Source of the DNA: Vicugna vicugna
Taxonomy: Eukaryota
Direction of reading: 5' to 3'
DNA: 64,000 nucleotides
Assembly: GCA_013265495.1 (NCBI GenBank)
Contig: MU058153.1
Location: 1,490,001-1,554,000, forward strand
Shown: positions 1 through 11,850 of the stretch, one piece after another
How the letters are laid out: every line of letters begins with the position of its first letter
How positions within the stretch are numbered: position 1 is the stretch's first letter
Program-made: the position numbers and the translations under genes
Notes under the pieces: generated by a model
Seen by the model: only the letters and a program-made list of their open reading frames with translations
Database searches by the model: none
What the model was told of the DNA's origin: nothing

Positions 1-205
1 TTTTTAGCACTATTGTTTCTTGACTGCTCCTTCTTTGTTTCTGCATTCCCTCCCTTCCCTGATTAGCAACTGTTTGACTCTTCCCTTTGAAACTCAGGGA
101 AGGACCAGGAGGCTGAATGAAGCTTATTTCCTACAAACAAGAAACTGGGGACATGGAAAACAAAGGACTTGTACCAGGGAGGACCCCACAGAGTCCTCCG
201 TTTCA
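1..205 (-). mobile_element. ERV1-class LTR, 5' (U3) end, truncated by window edge
   Basis: Reverse complement begins TGAAAC.. (LTR TG terminus at 205) and continues with sequence resembling cetartiodactyl ERV1 LTRs (..TTTCTTGTTTGTAGGAAATAAGCTTCATTCAGCCTCC..CAGTTGCTAATCAGGGAAGGGAGG..). Confidence 0.65.
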
Positions 206-274
206 GAAATGCATACAATTGGATAAGGCATAAGCTAAATAACTCCAGCTCACTACCAGTAGAAGTCTAAATTT

Positions 275-440
275 TTTAAGAATCCAAAATATTTCTGATT
301 TTAAGAAACTAATGTGTGAATATAGTATATATTATGTAACACCGCCAGAGGAATCTGGGAAAATACTTGTAATAAAATATATTAATTTTTTTTGCAGTGA
401 AACAAATGGATATTAAATACCACACATATAAAAGATCACT
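275..440. mobile_element. Degenerate Tigger-derived MITE fragment (MER46C-like)
   Basis: ATATTATGTAACACC..GAATCTGGG..TAATAAAATATATTAAT..TGCAGTGAAAC resembles the recalled MER46C consensus; highly diverged. Confidence 0.4.
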
Positions 441-903
441 TCCAGTTTTCAGGGCATTTTTTGTAATTTAAAATTGCATAAAAAGTACTAGGAATATTTC
501 CATATTTAAAAAAAATAGTACTTCAATGGAAAGCTATTGACAATCTATAACACATTCATCTTGGCTCTTTGATTCTAGTCCTAGTCATTGTCTGTGAGCT
601 ATTTTTACCTCTAGAGATTATAAGTAGGTGATGCATATGCAAATTCTGTCTTGTCCAGTAGAATTGACTTCCCTTGCCCAGTGGAAAAATAAGTTTGTCT
701 TCCTTTGCAATTTAGCTCAACCTTTCTTTACTCCATGTAATTTTATAGTGTTTCGACTTTGTCTTTGAACTGGTATAACATTTTTTGGATCCCTCATATC
801 ATTTAAGAAAAATTAATTCCTGAACATGTGTATATTTTTATATTTGCATGTGAGTCATGATTTTATTTTTTTTTCTGAAAAGAAGTTTTAACACAATGTA
901 GGG

Positions 904-1392
904 TGTTGAGGGACACAGCAGGCCGGTGTCACGGGAGGTTCAAGAATTTACCAGAGACAAAGGAAAGTTTAAGAAACAAAGGAAAAGTTTATTAGGTACA
1001 TTGCTATAGGCAATAGCAGGTCACACAGACTAGAGGCGCCTGTGTGAGCACCGAGGATGAAAGTTTAGGGTCTTTTATGGGAAAGTGGTGGTGAATGGAA
1101 GGGGCTGTGTGATCAGCTCATGCACAAGTTTCTGATTGGTTGTGGGTGAAGTAAGAGAGTTAGGGTCTGCGAAGAGACAGCGGGATTTATGACTCCAGTA
1201 AGGAGGAAACACGAGCTGAGACAAATCTGCCTGAGCTCCTGTGAGACTCGCCATTCCCCAGGGCTGCTAATTCTGCTAAGGCAAACACATGTCAGAAAAG
1301 GGTGTACTTTGTTTTTTGAGGGGTTGCAGGCAGACATCTGAGAGCCCAGGAATGGGGGTCTCAGGGTCTCAGCGGACACCAGTTGCACCATA
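904..1392 (-). mobile_element. ERV solo LTR
   Basis: Starts TGTTG at 904. TTTATT (AATAAA on minus strand) lies ~85 bp in. Flanked by a 5-bp direct repeat TAGGG (899-903 and 1393-1397). Confidence 0.7.
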
Positions 1393-1564
1393 TAGGGCAG
1401 AGATTAGACATACTCTAGGGGGCTTCTGAGGGCAGATGTGGATTGATGATGAGCTGTAAGAGCAGCTTCCCCAGGGTCCAGTAGCATATCAGGTACAGAG
1501 AGCCAGGTGACAGTGCCATGGGCTTCCCTGTGGGGTGGAGTCCCTTCAGTGGGAGGGCTCAAAG

Positions 1565-2225
1565 TGTTGCCGATAGATGCAACCAGAGTTCCAGGTTCTT
1601 GTCCCGTCCCAGAAAGAATTCAGAGACAAGACTTAGAGGTTAAAAAAAGGTAAAGTGAGGATTTATTAAAGGATGGATAGTACACTCGCAGGGGAGAGTG
1701 GGCAGGCTCAGGTGAGTGGCTGCCCTGAGTTTTTTTTTGGCAAGTTAGTTACGTAGGGTGTAAAAATGAATGGGCGGAATATTCATTGGGGAGGGAAGGG
1801 TTTGGGGTCGTATTCCCTGATTATCATCCCAACTCCACCTTCCCAAAGGGAGGAGGGATTTTTGTCCTTATTTAGTCTGGATTGGAAGTGTCATGGTGTC
1901 AGTGCATGATGGGTACTTCTGATCTGCAAGGCTAATTTTATTGAAATGAGGGCATAATGAACAAAAGGTTACATTTGGACACTGGAAATTCCTGCCTTTT
2001 CTCACCTTTCTTTGTTCTTCTCCAGGCCACTTGTCACCCCAAAAGGCATGATCCCTTATCAGCCCCAAGGTTCCTGCTTTTCTTTCTCTGCCCAGGGACC
2101 CCTGCTGCTTACATGATGCGTGGTTTCCTGCATTTGGCCTGTGCCCCTCCTTTCTGCCCAGTTCCTGCCATTTGGTCTGTGTCCCCCTTTCTCTGCTCAT
2201 ATCTAGCTGTCTGCCTGCTCTAACA
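1565..2225 (-). mobile_element. ERV1 solo LTR with intact termini and 4-bp TSD
   Basis: Terminal inverted TGTT...AACA; perfect AAAG TSD at 1561-1564 and 2226-2229; minus-strand AATAAA at ~1662; CpGs retained near the U5 end. Confidence 0.88.
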
Positions 2226-2809
2226 AAAGGAGGCTCAGTGCCTCTGACTGCCATATGGAGAGGGCAGTAAGGGACTGGATGAAAGCCTGTCTTTAAAGTT
2301 TAAGTCTTTTTTTTTTTTCTTTCTCCCTCCTGTGGTTCTAGCTCCTCATTTGAGTGTGAATCAAGTGACATAGAAACACTCAATGAATCATGAATTACCT
2401 GACATGACCAGGAGCTTGGATGAACTCATAACTATAAACTTAGCTGATAAAGGCAGGCCTTATTGGTATCTGGTATAATGGATTAATGGACTAATGGATT
2501 AATCAAAGTTCTTTTTTAGGAAAGCAAGGATGTTTAAATATCAGAAAAGTAGCTCTCACCAATCCCTTGACTCTCATTCTGGAAAGCTTTATGTACCATT
2601 GTGCCAGAGTCTCAATTTCCCACAGCCTGGAAATCAACTCTGTGTTTATGTTCCCTTATTCAAACTTACTTCTACCTCCAAATGCATCCATTGGCGAGAC
2701 TATCAAAGGGAAAATAAGAGGCCATTTTCAATTTTGTACAATAAACTAAAATTGGTCAAATCTTGAGTAATGTGTTCATGAACATTGGCTTTCTTTCCGG
2801 AGCTGAAAG

Positions 2810-3885
2810 TGTTAGCAGATAGAGAGATCCCCAAATTGGAAAGCCCACCAGAGTTTTGGGTCCTCGCCCACTGGTTGAGAAAGATTTCAAGAAAAGAAAG
2901 TATTGCTCAAAAGGGGAAAAGGGAAGAAAAGCAGGGAGCTGTCAGCTAAGATGGCCAGTCGAGATGGCTCCAGGTTTGGTTTCGGCCACATGGACCCTTA
3001 TGGGAAGCTTTGGCCATCATGTGTTCCTTCCGGGTGTGCCGGAGCTAATTGCCTTTTTCCCCCATCCTCGTATGGGCTTTTCTGGGTGTTGCCATGGCAC
3101 CCATGGGTGTGTCATCTAGCATGCTAATACACTACAATGAGCGTATAATGAGGCTCCAGGTCCCCTGGAAGGCAGACCCTCCACCATTTTGGGCCTGGTT
3201 GGTTCTAACCAGTTCTCATTTCTTGTCTTTACTTCTGCCTCCTGAGACTTAGGTAAGAATAATTGGTTTCTATTCGAGGAAGGGGCAGGGGTATGATCCT
3301 GGAGGCAACAGCCTTCGTTAAGAAAAAGGAAAGGTAATCTGGTAGACTCAGTGTCCCCCAGAAACCATCTCCAAAAATTCTGCTCAGCCTTGAAAGTGTT
3401 GAAGGGAAATAGGGAAGTAACCTCAGTTAATCGTTCAGATGGGGGTCAGAGTCATTGCCATCCCCCACTGTGTGCAGACTTGCCTTGCAGGCTTGTCCCA
3501 GTCATCAACTGCTTGAGCCTGCTCTTTCATGACTCAGGAAGACCTGGGAGTCGTCAGCTTTCCAATAAAGAGGCAGGGGTTGAGAGAGGGGGACACCCAC
3601 AGGGTCCTACTCAGTATCAAAAAGATTTGGGGCCTGAGTTGTCTAACATCGTGGGCTGCCACCACTATTTCTTGCAAGAGAAGGACCTATCTAGGATTTT
3701 GTTTGTTTGTTTATTAGTGAGTGTGAACAGATTTATACCCCTTTGCCCCAGATTTATACCTTTTATCAGTTGCCTGTGATGGAGAAGTCATTCTTTCTAG
3801 AGCCACATCTAAGGATTGTATGGGTTCTGCGAGTTCAGAACAGAATGAGACTTAGTGACATGCAAGTTTGGCCCTTCCCCACACG
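2810..3885 (-). mobile_element. ERV LTR (outer element of a composite); right boundary approximate
   Basis: Begins TGTTAGCAG..CCCCAAATTGGAAAGCC and resumes LTR-like after 3310 (GCCTTCGTTAAGAAAAAGG..GACTCAGTGTCCCCCAGAAACCATCTCC). No TSD found for the outer element. Confidence 0.55.
2847..3310 (-). mobile_element. ERV1 LTR nested inside the outer LTR
   Basis: Left end ACCAGAGTTTTGGGTCCTCGCCC..GAGAAAGATTTCAAGAAAAGA resembles the left end of the 1565 LTR (ACCAGAGTTCCAGGTTCTTGTCCC..AGAAAGAATTCAGAGACAAGA). Right end ..GGCAACA. Imperfect TSD GCCC/GCCT. Confidence 0.5.
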
Positions 3886-5520
3886 TGTAACCATATATGT
3901 GCATGCATATACTAAAACTGAACACTAGCATGATTTAGGCTTCTTCTGGTCTGTCCCTCTAAATAGCCAAGATTGACACACACCTGCAGCAGACACGGAC
4001 TCTGGAACTCTAGGTATAATAGCATACCCAAAGTCATCATAATAGATGTCCCTTCACTCCTCAGGAAGGATGGCCTTCCACGTTGAGCGCTGAAGCATCG
4101 CTGGAAAATCGTAACAACTAATAATTCCTTTCTCTGTCTTGCATGACTGCTGGGATGATTTCCTTAATTAATTTTCTCCACTTTCAAACCTTTCAATATA
4201 TTTATTGGGATACACTAGGTGGCAGGGGCTATGTTGGTTATTATGGGCTATATAAAGATAAATAGCTTTGCCCTGGGGGAGTTCTAAGCCTAAGAGAAGC
4301 TACTATCACTACACAGTACAATAAAATTAATTGGAAAGTATGTTCTGTAAGAGAGAGACAAAAAAAATAACAGTATTGCTTATGAAAATAAAAAGATTAC
4401 TTTTGAACAGAAGGGGACTGTGGGAGGAGCAGCAGGGATGGTAGATGTAAAAGCCTTTTAGAAAGGCAGTCACATAATGATCTGTGGTCTCCATCCTCCC
4501 CTCAGTGTGTCCCTGAAGGTCAACTATGAACACATTTGTAATTTATAGTATTTTCTTGGATGGAAAACCTTAATCAAACAATAAATAATAAAATAATTAA
4601 ATGCTTAATCAGGTAATAAAACCTGATTGACTACTCATTTGATTGGTTGCCCCATTAATTTTAAACCATGCTTGACACAATGGGGCATTAGATCCATACT
4701 TTTTGATGGAAATGAGAATGCGGGAAGACATGCAGAACAGGGAAATGTCTAGACCTTGAAGTGTGGAAACTTCAAGTAGCTAAGGGGGGAGGGTAAATAT
4801 GTGAGACTATGTTGACAAAGTGTGCAGGGGAGAAACAGAATCAAAGAACAACACATTTTATGAACTGACAGATTTTTCAAGATTGTGGCTAGAGTCTAGG
4901 AAAGAATTTATCAGCTATTATCTTTCTCACCCTCCAAACTGAATGTGTAGTATCTTTCTTTGATGATGTTAGGAGACAGAAGCTCTGAGGAGTGTTGGCA
5001 TGTGTACCCTGGGCTACTCAAACCTCAACTAGACTGCTTTTATTTACGGGGTAAAGAAAGCATTGCTGAAAGCTGAAGTCATTCTGATGACCTGAGATCT
5101 GTGGGTCATGTCTTGAATTATTGCACCATAACTTTTTATTTTACTGAGGGGAAACAAAACCCCTCCAGCTGCCTCTTCTGGACCTAGAGGCAGTGTATTC
5201 CCAGCCATTCCCTCAGGGAAGTCCTTTGAAAAAGCCAAACTCAAGCCCTAGGGCTCAGCATCCTCTGGGAAAGTCCTAGAAAGGCTGTACCTGGAAAATA
5301 GACATTTTCCTTAGATATTTAAAGGGTGTGTAAAATATAGGCTTCTTCCATATCAACCCCAAGGGCAGAACCAGAGTTGGGAGGGGTAGAACTTAACACT
5401 AATGAATAACGTAAGGGAGAATTATCTGATGTCAGGATGATCAAAGAAGAAATGACTGCCCAGGGAGGTGCTGGAACTCTTGCTTCTTATCAGAAAGTTT
5501 CAAGCCTGAGCAGGGATGAA

Positions 5521-6080
5521 TAGGGCAAAGCAAAAAATTGCACTGGCCAAAGTTAAACAGGCAAGGAAGATTTTTAAGGCCGTTGCAATAAGAGGCAGAG
5601 GCCACAACTAAGTCTAAACTCAACTCCGCTGAAGAAGAAGAGGTAGGAGTTTTTTAAGGGCTGTTGTGAGCTAATGAAAAAGTCCTGGAGGATGTTAGCG
5701 GAAAGTCATAGACCATCTGTGTTTGCTAATTAGCTTTAGCCAAAGGAAAAACAAAGTTCTCGTGTCTTTAAGACAGGAGATAGTTTTGCAACTTGGAGGA
5801 AGGTACCCACTGAAAGCAAGATTCCTCCTCTTCCATTGAAATTGGGAGGTTGAGGTACTGTCTCCTTTGTTGATTACATTTCAAAGAGGTGGTCCCCAGA
5901 ATCTTACCATTTCTGAATGGTAAAACTGGCAAGAGGCTTAAAATGTATTTACATGTCCAAGGGGGAGAGAAGAGGTTTATAAGTACCAGTTTTCTAAAGC
6001 AAATGCAAATGTCCTACCATCAGGAAGAAGCCCGTGTGAAGTTTAGTCCTGCTGAGGACAGGTTAAGGCGGTCTTGGTCA
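5521..6080 (-). mobile_element. Older ERV1-class solo LTR
   Basis: AAAAATTGCACTGGCCAAAGTTAAACAGGCAAGGAAGATTTTT..TTGCAATA matches a recalled eutherian ERV1 LTR pattern; ends ..TTGGTCA. Confidence 0.6.
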
Positions 6081-7479
6081 AACCCAGAGCGGGGATGTTA
6101 GCGCTGGAAGTCAAGTGTGGTATGTGTCATGAGAAAGCATCACTATTCAAATATTTTTTAAAACCTGAGATTTCCCATGGCTTCAGTTTAGCTACAAAGA
6201 TCAGGAAGCGGGGTTTCCACAGGGAGTTTCACTCACTGAGATAAACGGGACCCAGTCAGCCCCTCTGCGCAGTGTAGACGAACTGCCTCCATTTTTAGTG
6301 ATGGAACTTGGGTCTAAAACCCGGCCTCACCATCCCCGTTCCCAAGTGAGGTGCTGTTTCAGAATAGTTCTCTTCCTTCAGTGAGGCTTCTCTATGGCTC
6401 CCCTCCAGGAGCCCCAGTTATTCTCATGTTCTATTTGTAGAATCCAGAGATTTAAAATTTCATCTCTTTATAGTTGTTTTCATCAACACTAGGTAGAAAC
6501 ATTTGGTGCTGCCTCTAATAAAAACGTTACTAACTTCTGCTCTTAGTGACAAACTACCTCACTGGGTTAAGGAAACCCAGGAAGTGTGGAGCTAATTAAA
6601 CCTATTAAATCCCCTCCTTTTTTTTTTTTTGGCTCCTGAGCAGAAGGAGGAAGTGTAAATACCAAGACCCATACCTTATTGTTTAATAGTCTTGATGATA
6701 AGAGGAGAGGAAAATATCACTAGAGCGTTTATTCTGCTCTTAACAGGCTTTGCAGACATTGGTTGGGGCTTTTGTTTTTATGATATGGCATGGTTCTTTA
6801 TGGTAAGTTCATATTAAGGGAGTCGCTACTGATAAACTCAGAGCATATTCGTGTCATCTCAGAGTGACTGAAAATGAAGGCTAGTGATCTCAGGTTCTTT
6901 AAGGGCCACAAATAATGCCCAGTGGCAGCGGGATGATTGCATTTGCCGGTGGAGCTTGTGCAAGGCTTGCTAATTTAGAGGCACGTTTTCAAATATTACA
7001 GCACCTAGGCTTTCCCGGGGGAGTTCACTTGGGCACAGCAAGGGAATCGGTGTTTAAATGCTATTATTTTGAGAACGATCTGCAAAGGAGGACAATAAAG
7101 TAAATAGATGATTTCATAATTAATGCCGGAAGTGCGAATCATTCAAGACCCATTTGTCTCTGCAGGAGAAGCAGCTGAGCCTCTCCTGGGTCCTGCCCTG
7201 CAGGCTGCTAGGCCGGGGAAACGATCCCAGAGAAAAGCAGTGAATTTGCCTAACGGCTTCGGCTTCCCCGTTCAACAGGGTCAGGCTTTGATCATTACCC
7301 TTAACAGCCTCGCCCCCTCCCTTCGAGGCTGGTTTCAGATCGCTCCTCTTCTGGTCCCATAATTGGAATTGATAAGTGGCCATCGTACAAGGAACTGGGG
7401 ACACTTATCAAATGCTGTCGTGCTTACAGAGTTAGAAACGGCCCCTCCTCTATTGGGGGAATTCAGCCCACAAAAAGTT

Positions 7480-7610
7480 TTAGAATTTGGAGCCTCAGAG
7501 TTGAGTCTCACCCAACTCCTTCATTTTACGCAAAGAGAAATGAGGTCCGGAAAGGTTATGTGACCTGCCCGTGGTAGTATCATTTGTTGGGCACAGAGAG
7601 AGAATCATCA
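7480..7610 (-). mobile_element. MIR SINE fragment
   Basis: CATTTTACGCAAAGAGAAATGAGGTCCGGAAAGGTTATGTGACCTGCCC matches the MIR core. Confidence 0.65.
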
Positions 7611-9264
7611 CTTCGATGTCCTCTCCCTGCCTGGCTTTGCCTCCCACTGACACCGTTTCCTCATGGTGGAGTAATTGTCTCAAGGTTAGGGGATAAGTCG
7701 GGGCTGATTTGTGAATGGGAACACAGCTGTTAATCAGTTGTTCTTTTCAAAACACTGCCCTTTTTTTTGGACAGCCTCCCTCTGGCCAGTCTACGCTGGG
7801 GTCCCTTTTTGTTGCCATCAGCCAGGTACTGTCAGAGGAAGGCTGCGGAGGCACTGTATTGAACAAGCCTTTCCCACAGACTGCTTCCAACCACTCTGTC
7901 ATCACCGAGCTCCATCAGACATCCAAGAAAACGAGCGCCAGGGGTGTTAAACGTCTTGCCCCAAAATCACACAGCTCATAAGCGTCAGGACTGGGATTTG
8001 AACAGAGATCTTGGCGATTCTAACACCAGAGGTCTTAGCCAATATTCGATGCTAATTTGGCCTCATTATCATCCTCATTCAACAGTCTGGGAAACTATAT
8101 GCCAGGGATAATTCACATTGTTTGCAGTGAGGGCCCTGTGAATTGCCTCTCCCAACCCCTCCCGTACTTCAGCCTGACTTTGATTTCCCCCCTCCTCCAC
8201 GTCTCTAAGAAAGCAAATACCCGTGCTGAAATCCTCGCTCCCTCGGGAACCAATTTTGCTCTATTCCTAGTTATGAATCCTTAAAGCAGTTAGTGTTCAA
8301 AATGGACCACGGAGGGTCACAAGGGTGGTTTGGGTCATTCTCACATCTCTGCTTCTGTGGGCTCCGGGGACCTCACTGACCCTCTGAGAAGGAAGCCACC
8401 CAGTGCACGGATGGAGTTGTTGAACAGAAGGTGTTCGCTCCCACTGCTAAGGGGGAAGTAAAAGAAAGGCTCTCTATTCTAGTCTGCTTGGGGAGATAAA
8501 AGGAAAAGAGCTTCATTGCTTTGAAGGAGAGGAAAAGATTTGTTTACTTGTACCGCATTACCCAGTAAGAGTGATGCATTTCTTTTTCCAAGGGAAACAA
8601 AGTTAGTTTAAAAAAAATAGCGAGCCAGTCACGGAAAGAATAAGAGACGATTAGGAGAGAAGCCGGAACTCTGTAGATGGGTGTTTGGAAATATGTCACC
8701 TGTAAACCGAATGTGAAAGAAGTTGAGCTTGATCCTAGGAAGCGACTCCCACTGCCCAGTGTGAAGTTCAAGGCTGGGGCTGGCAAGTTCAGGCTGGTCG
8801 GTGTGTGCTTTCTGCCTTGTGTGCCCTTAGGGTGGGATCAACAGTGTGTGGTGGGGCTACACTTCAGCATGGCTGGAATCAAGACATCTCTCTCTCCCTC
8901 TTTCTCTCTCTCCCGCCCTCTCCTGCACACTTGTGCACCCATGCATGCATTACATAAATACACACACACACATAAATACTCCTACCCACTGAACTGCAGA
9001 AGGGTTTGTTCAGCTGGTCACCAATGCAGAGGGAGACGTTTTCAGGAACGGCTATAGTAAGAACCAAGAAAAAGGTATGACCCTCTGGAGTACAGATTTG
9101 GCGGTCAAGCTTCATCCAACCAACCAAGGATCTTGCAGTATTAATGCAAGCTTATTGAAACTGTGAAATGACTATTTGCAAAACCAGTATTTCTATTTTT
9201 AAAAGTGATAAGAAGAATTTTAATTGTCAGGCAGGGAACTTGGGGCCAGCCTGGAAAGATCAGG

Positions 9265-9440
9265 GACCACAAAGTCAGGTGGTCCTGAGTTCTCATTTCA
9301 TCACCTGCGTTTCCAGCTGTGTGGCCTTGGGCCAGTTACTCTCTCTCAAGTTTACTTTCTCAATTCTAGGAACATAGCAGCGACTTTGCAGGGTTCCAGT
9401 GAGGGTTACAACAGAGAATATCGCTGGGGTCATCTAGCAA
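9265..9440 (+). mobile_element. MIR SINE fragment
   Basis: CCAGCTGTGTGGCCTTGGGCCAGTTACTCTCTCTCAAGTTT..CAGGGTTCCAGTGAGGGTTA matches the MIR core. Confidence 0.65.
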
Positions 9441-11539
9441 AACAGCTGAAGCTGATTCTCATAGTCTACATTTCCTTGCACTTTCTGCAAGAAAATTTCC
9501 CACCAGAGAAACTATTTGGAAGCAAAATAATAACAGATTAAAAAAAAAATCAGGTAGATTTTGGCTCTCTTAAAGGTATAGTATATCATTAAACTCTAGA
9601 AACTCAATGGCCTTGTAAAATGACCAGTCATTTCTAACCACATGGGAAGGGATTCTCTTGTCTGGTCTTTCTGATGAAATCTAATCACTCCTTCAAGATA
9701 AATTAAAGAAGGAAAAGGGGAATCTTTAAAAATAAGTCTGTCAAATCCTTTCATAGCTCAAAACCAAGTGGCTCTCTTCAATCAGTGTAAAAACCTGATT
9801 CCTGAAACAACCCTATGCAGTCAGAACCCTCCTCCCCCATCAGACAAAACAAAAGTAACCGCTTTGCCCTCAATTTTCAATGCCCTGCCCCCACTGTAGT
9901 TCTTCCAACATGTCAGATCAGACACGTTCCTGCCTTAGAACCTTCGTTCTTGCCTTTCATCTGCCTGCATCCACAAAGTACACTCCCTCACCTCCTTCTG
10001 GAGGGATTTCAACGGAAGGTAATCCTATCCACGGTCGGTATTTTTGTAATTACCAGTTTAGAAGAGTGTCCATTTCTGATCTTGTGCCCTGATTCTGAGG
10101 TCCTCTTTAGCTCCTTTTCCTACCCTGGCACAAACTGGCATCTATTTAGAAAGCCTGCTGAATAAGCAGGCTGAAAGGATGTAAATACATGTAGAATTAT
10201 TCCATATTTCAGAACCAGAAAGGCCTGTGGACACGGATGGGTGCATCTGCTTAATAAGAGCTGGCGTCAATCTTAACCTAGAATTGGAATTTAAAGCTGA
10301 ACCTCATTCCGAGCTTCTAAATGGACTTCCTTGAACTCTCTCAAAGGGATAAATAAATAAATATGAAAATGGATTACATGCCGGGGTGCATCTTGACACG
10401 TGGACTGGGGACACTGGCATTGACACTAGAAGAAAGAGTCTTTGTGGAGGGTCTGTATCGCTCCTAACAATTGTTAATCGAATCAGGAGAGTAATTGAAT
10501 CGTTGAGCTTAGATTTCCACTAATGCAAGTGTGTAATGGAATTGTTGTGGTGGATCGCTGCTGAAAAGAGCTGCCCGTAGATTAGTGAGTTAGAATCAGA
10601 CCTTGCCCTGCTTAGGTGAGCATGCAGGTAGACAGCCTGGGGTATGTGTGCATGTGTCTGTCTTTGTATTTATTCATCTGTTTGTTCATATGTAAGCAAA
10701 GCGCAGGAACATGTAATTACAAACTTTTAATGCTTGCTTCCTCCTCTTCTCCTTTCCTTCCTTCCTTCCGTCCTTCCCTCCCTGATCCAGTTAATCATTC
10801 TGTAAGTAGTGGTACCTGTTACAAAAGGCCCTCCCTGCCCCTCAGCCTGTCTCCACCACTGCCATTTGCCCTTCTAGATCGTGAAATTCCCCCCACCTTC
10901 CCACTTGTGCAACTTTATCGAAATTGATGATTAAGTAATTGTCTCATTCTTATTAAATATAAGTTCTGTAAGGACAGTGATTACGTGTATCTTGCTTGTG
11001 TTTTGAAGTAATAGCACGGTGGATGGTGTAGAATAGGTGCTTCCTCGTACTTGCGTGATGATTGGATGGATTCAGTTCATCCAGTGCTGACTCGACAAGA
11101 TGCACTGTTCTAGGTCCTAAAAGGCATTTGTTACCAGAAACAGCCTTTGTCTCCCGGGAGCTTGCAGTCTGGCGGTGGGGACAACACATGCTCCTCGCGT
11201 AGCTAATGCAATCGATTATAGGAAACAAAACGATTGCTATTACCAGTGTTGTCGAAATTCAGAGACTGAGCCAGAGCCTGCGGTCTGTTCCACGGTGGAT
11301 GACAATGTAGAATGGGAATGGAGAGAAAGGGAAAATGTGGTGGATCAGCAAGTCACGTGCAGCTCAGACTTGCCAAGATGGTGGGTTCATGCGAAGAATT
11401 AATGACGAGAGGAATTTGGCGCCAGAGGGTAGGGGTCTTCTGTGGAAAGTTGTAAATGTGGGCTGAGCTGGAGGGCTCTCACTCCAGCAGCTGCCAGGAA
11501 GCCCTGGGCATTTCTGAGCAAGAAAAGGACATGATGGAA

Positions 11540-11850
11540 TCACCCTTTTAATAAGATCAATATCTGGCCACTGGGCGCAGCACGGATTATCTGTTGTCAA
11601 ATACAGAACAGTTTTGTGTGAACCTGTGAATTGCTATGATAGGTGAGCGCCAGTCTGATTAATTATCAACTCCTATAGATCAGATAAGTAGGTCAATGAA
11701 GGGGGCTAACCTTGAGGTTAGCATAATTTATGGAGGCTCAAGTGCAAGTGTTAGACTTGAGAAAATGATCAATGCAAGACATGTGTTCAACACTTAATGC
11801 ATTCAGCGTGTACAGTGTTAATGTTTCAAGCAGAAATAAGCTTCTCCATC
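11540..11850. promoter_or_regulatory. Candidate conserved enhancer (CNE-like)
   Basis: Repeat-free block with GATTAATTATC, a GATA site, a perfect RORE TAAGTAGGTCA (11685-11695), palindrome GCTAACCT-TG-AGGTTAGC (11705-11722) and Nkx-type TCAAGTG. Conservation not tested. Confidence 0.4.

Noticed and set aside
904..6080. Intact provirus bounded by paired LTRs
   Set aside because: The LTRs belong to different families, at least two have their own TSDs (solo LTRs), and no PBS or gag/pol/env coding sequence is visible between them.
11415..11435. CTCF site GCGCCAGAGGGTAG
   Set aside because: Two mismatches at informative core positions; not supportable without a PWM scan or ChIP data.
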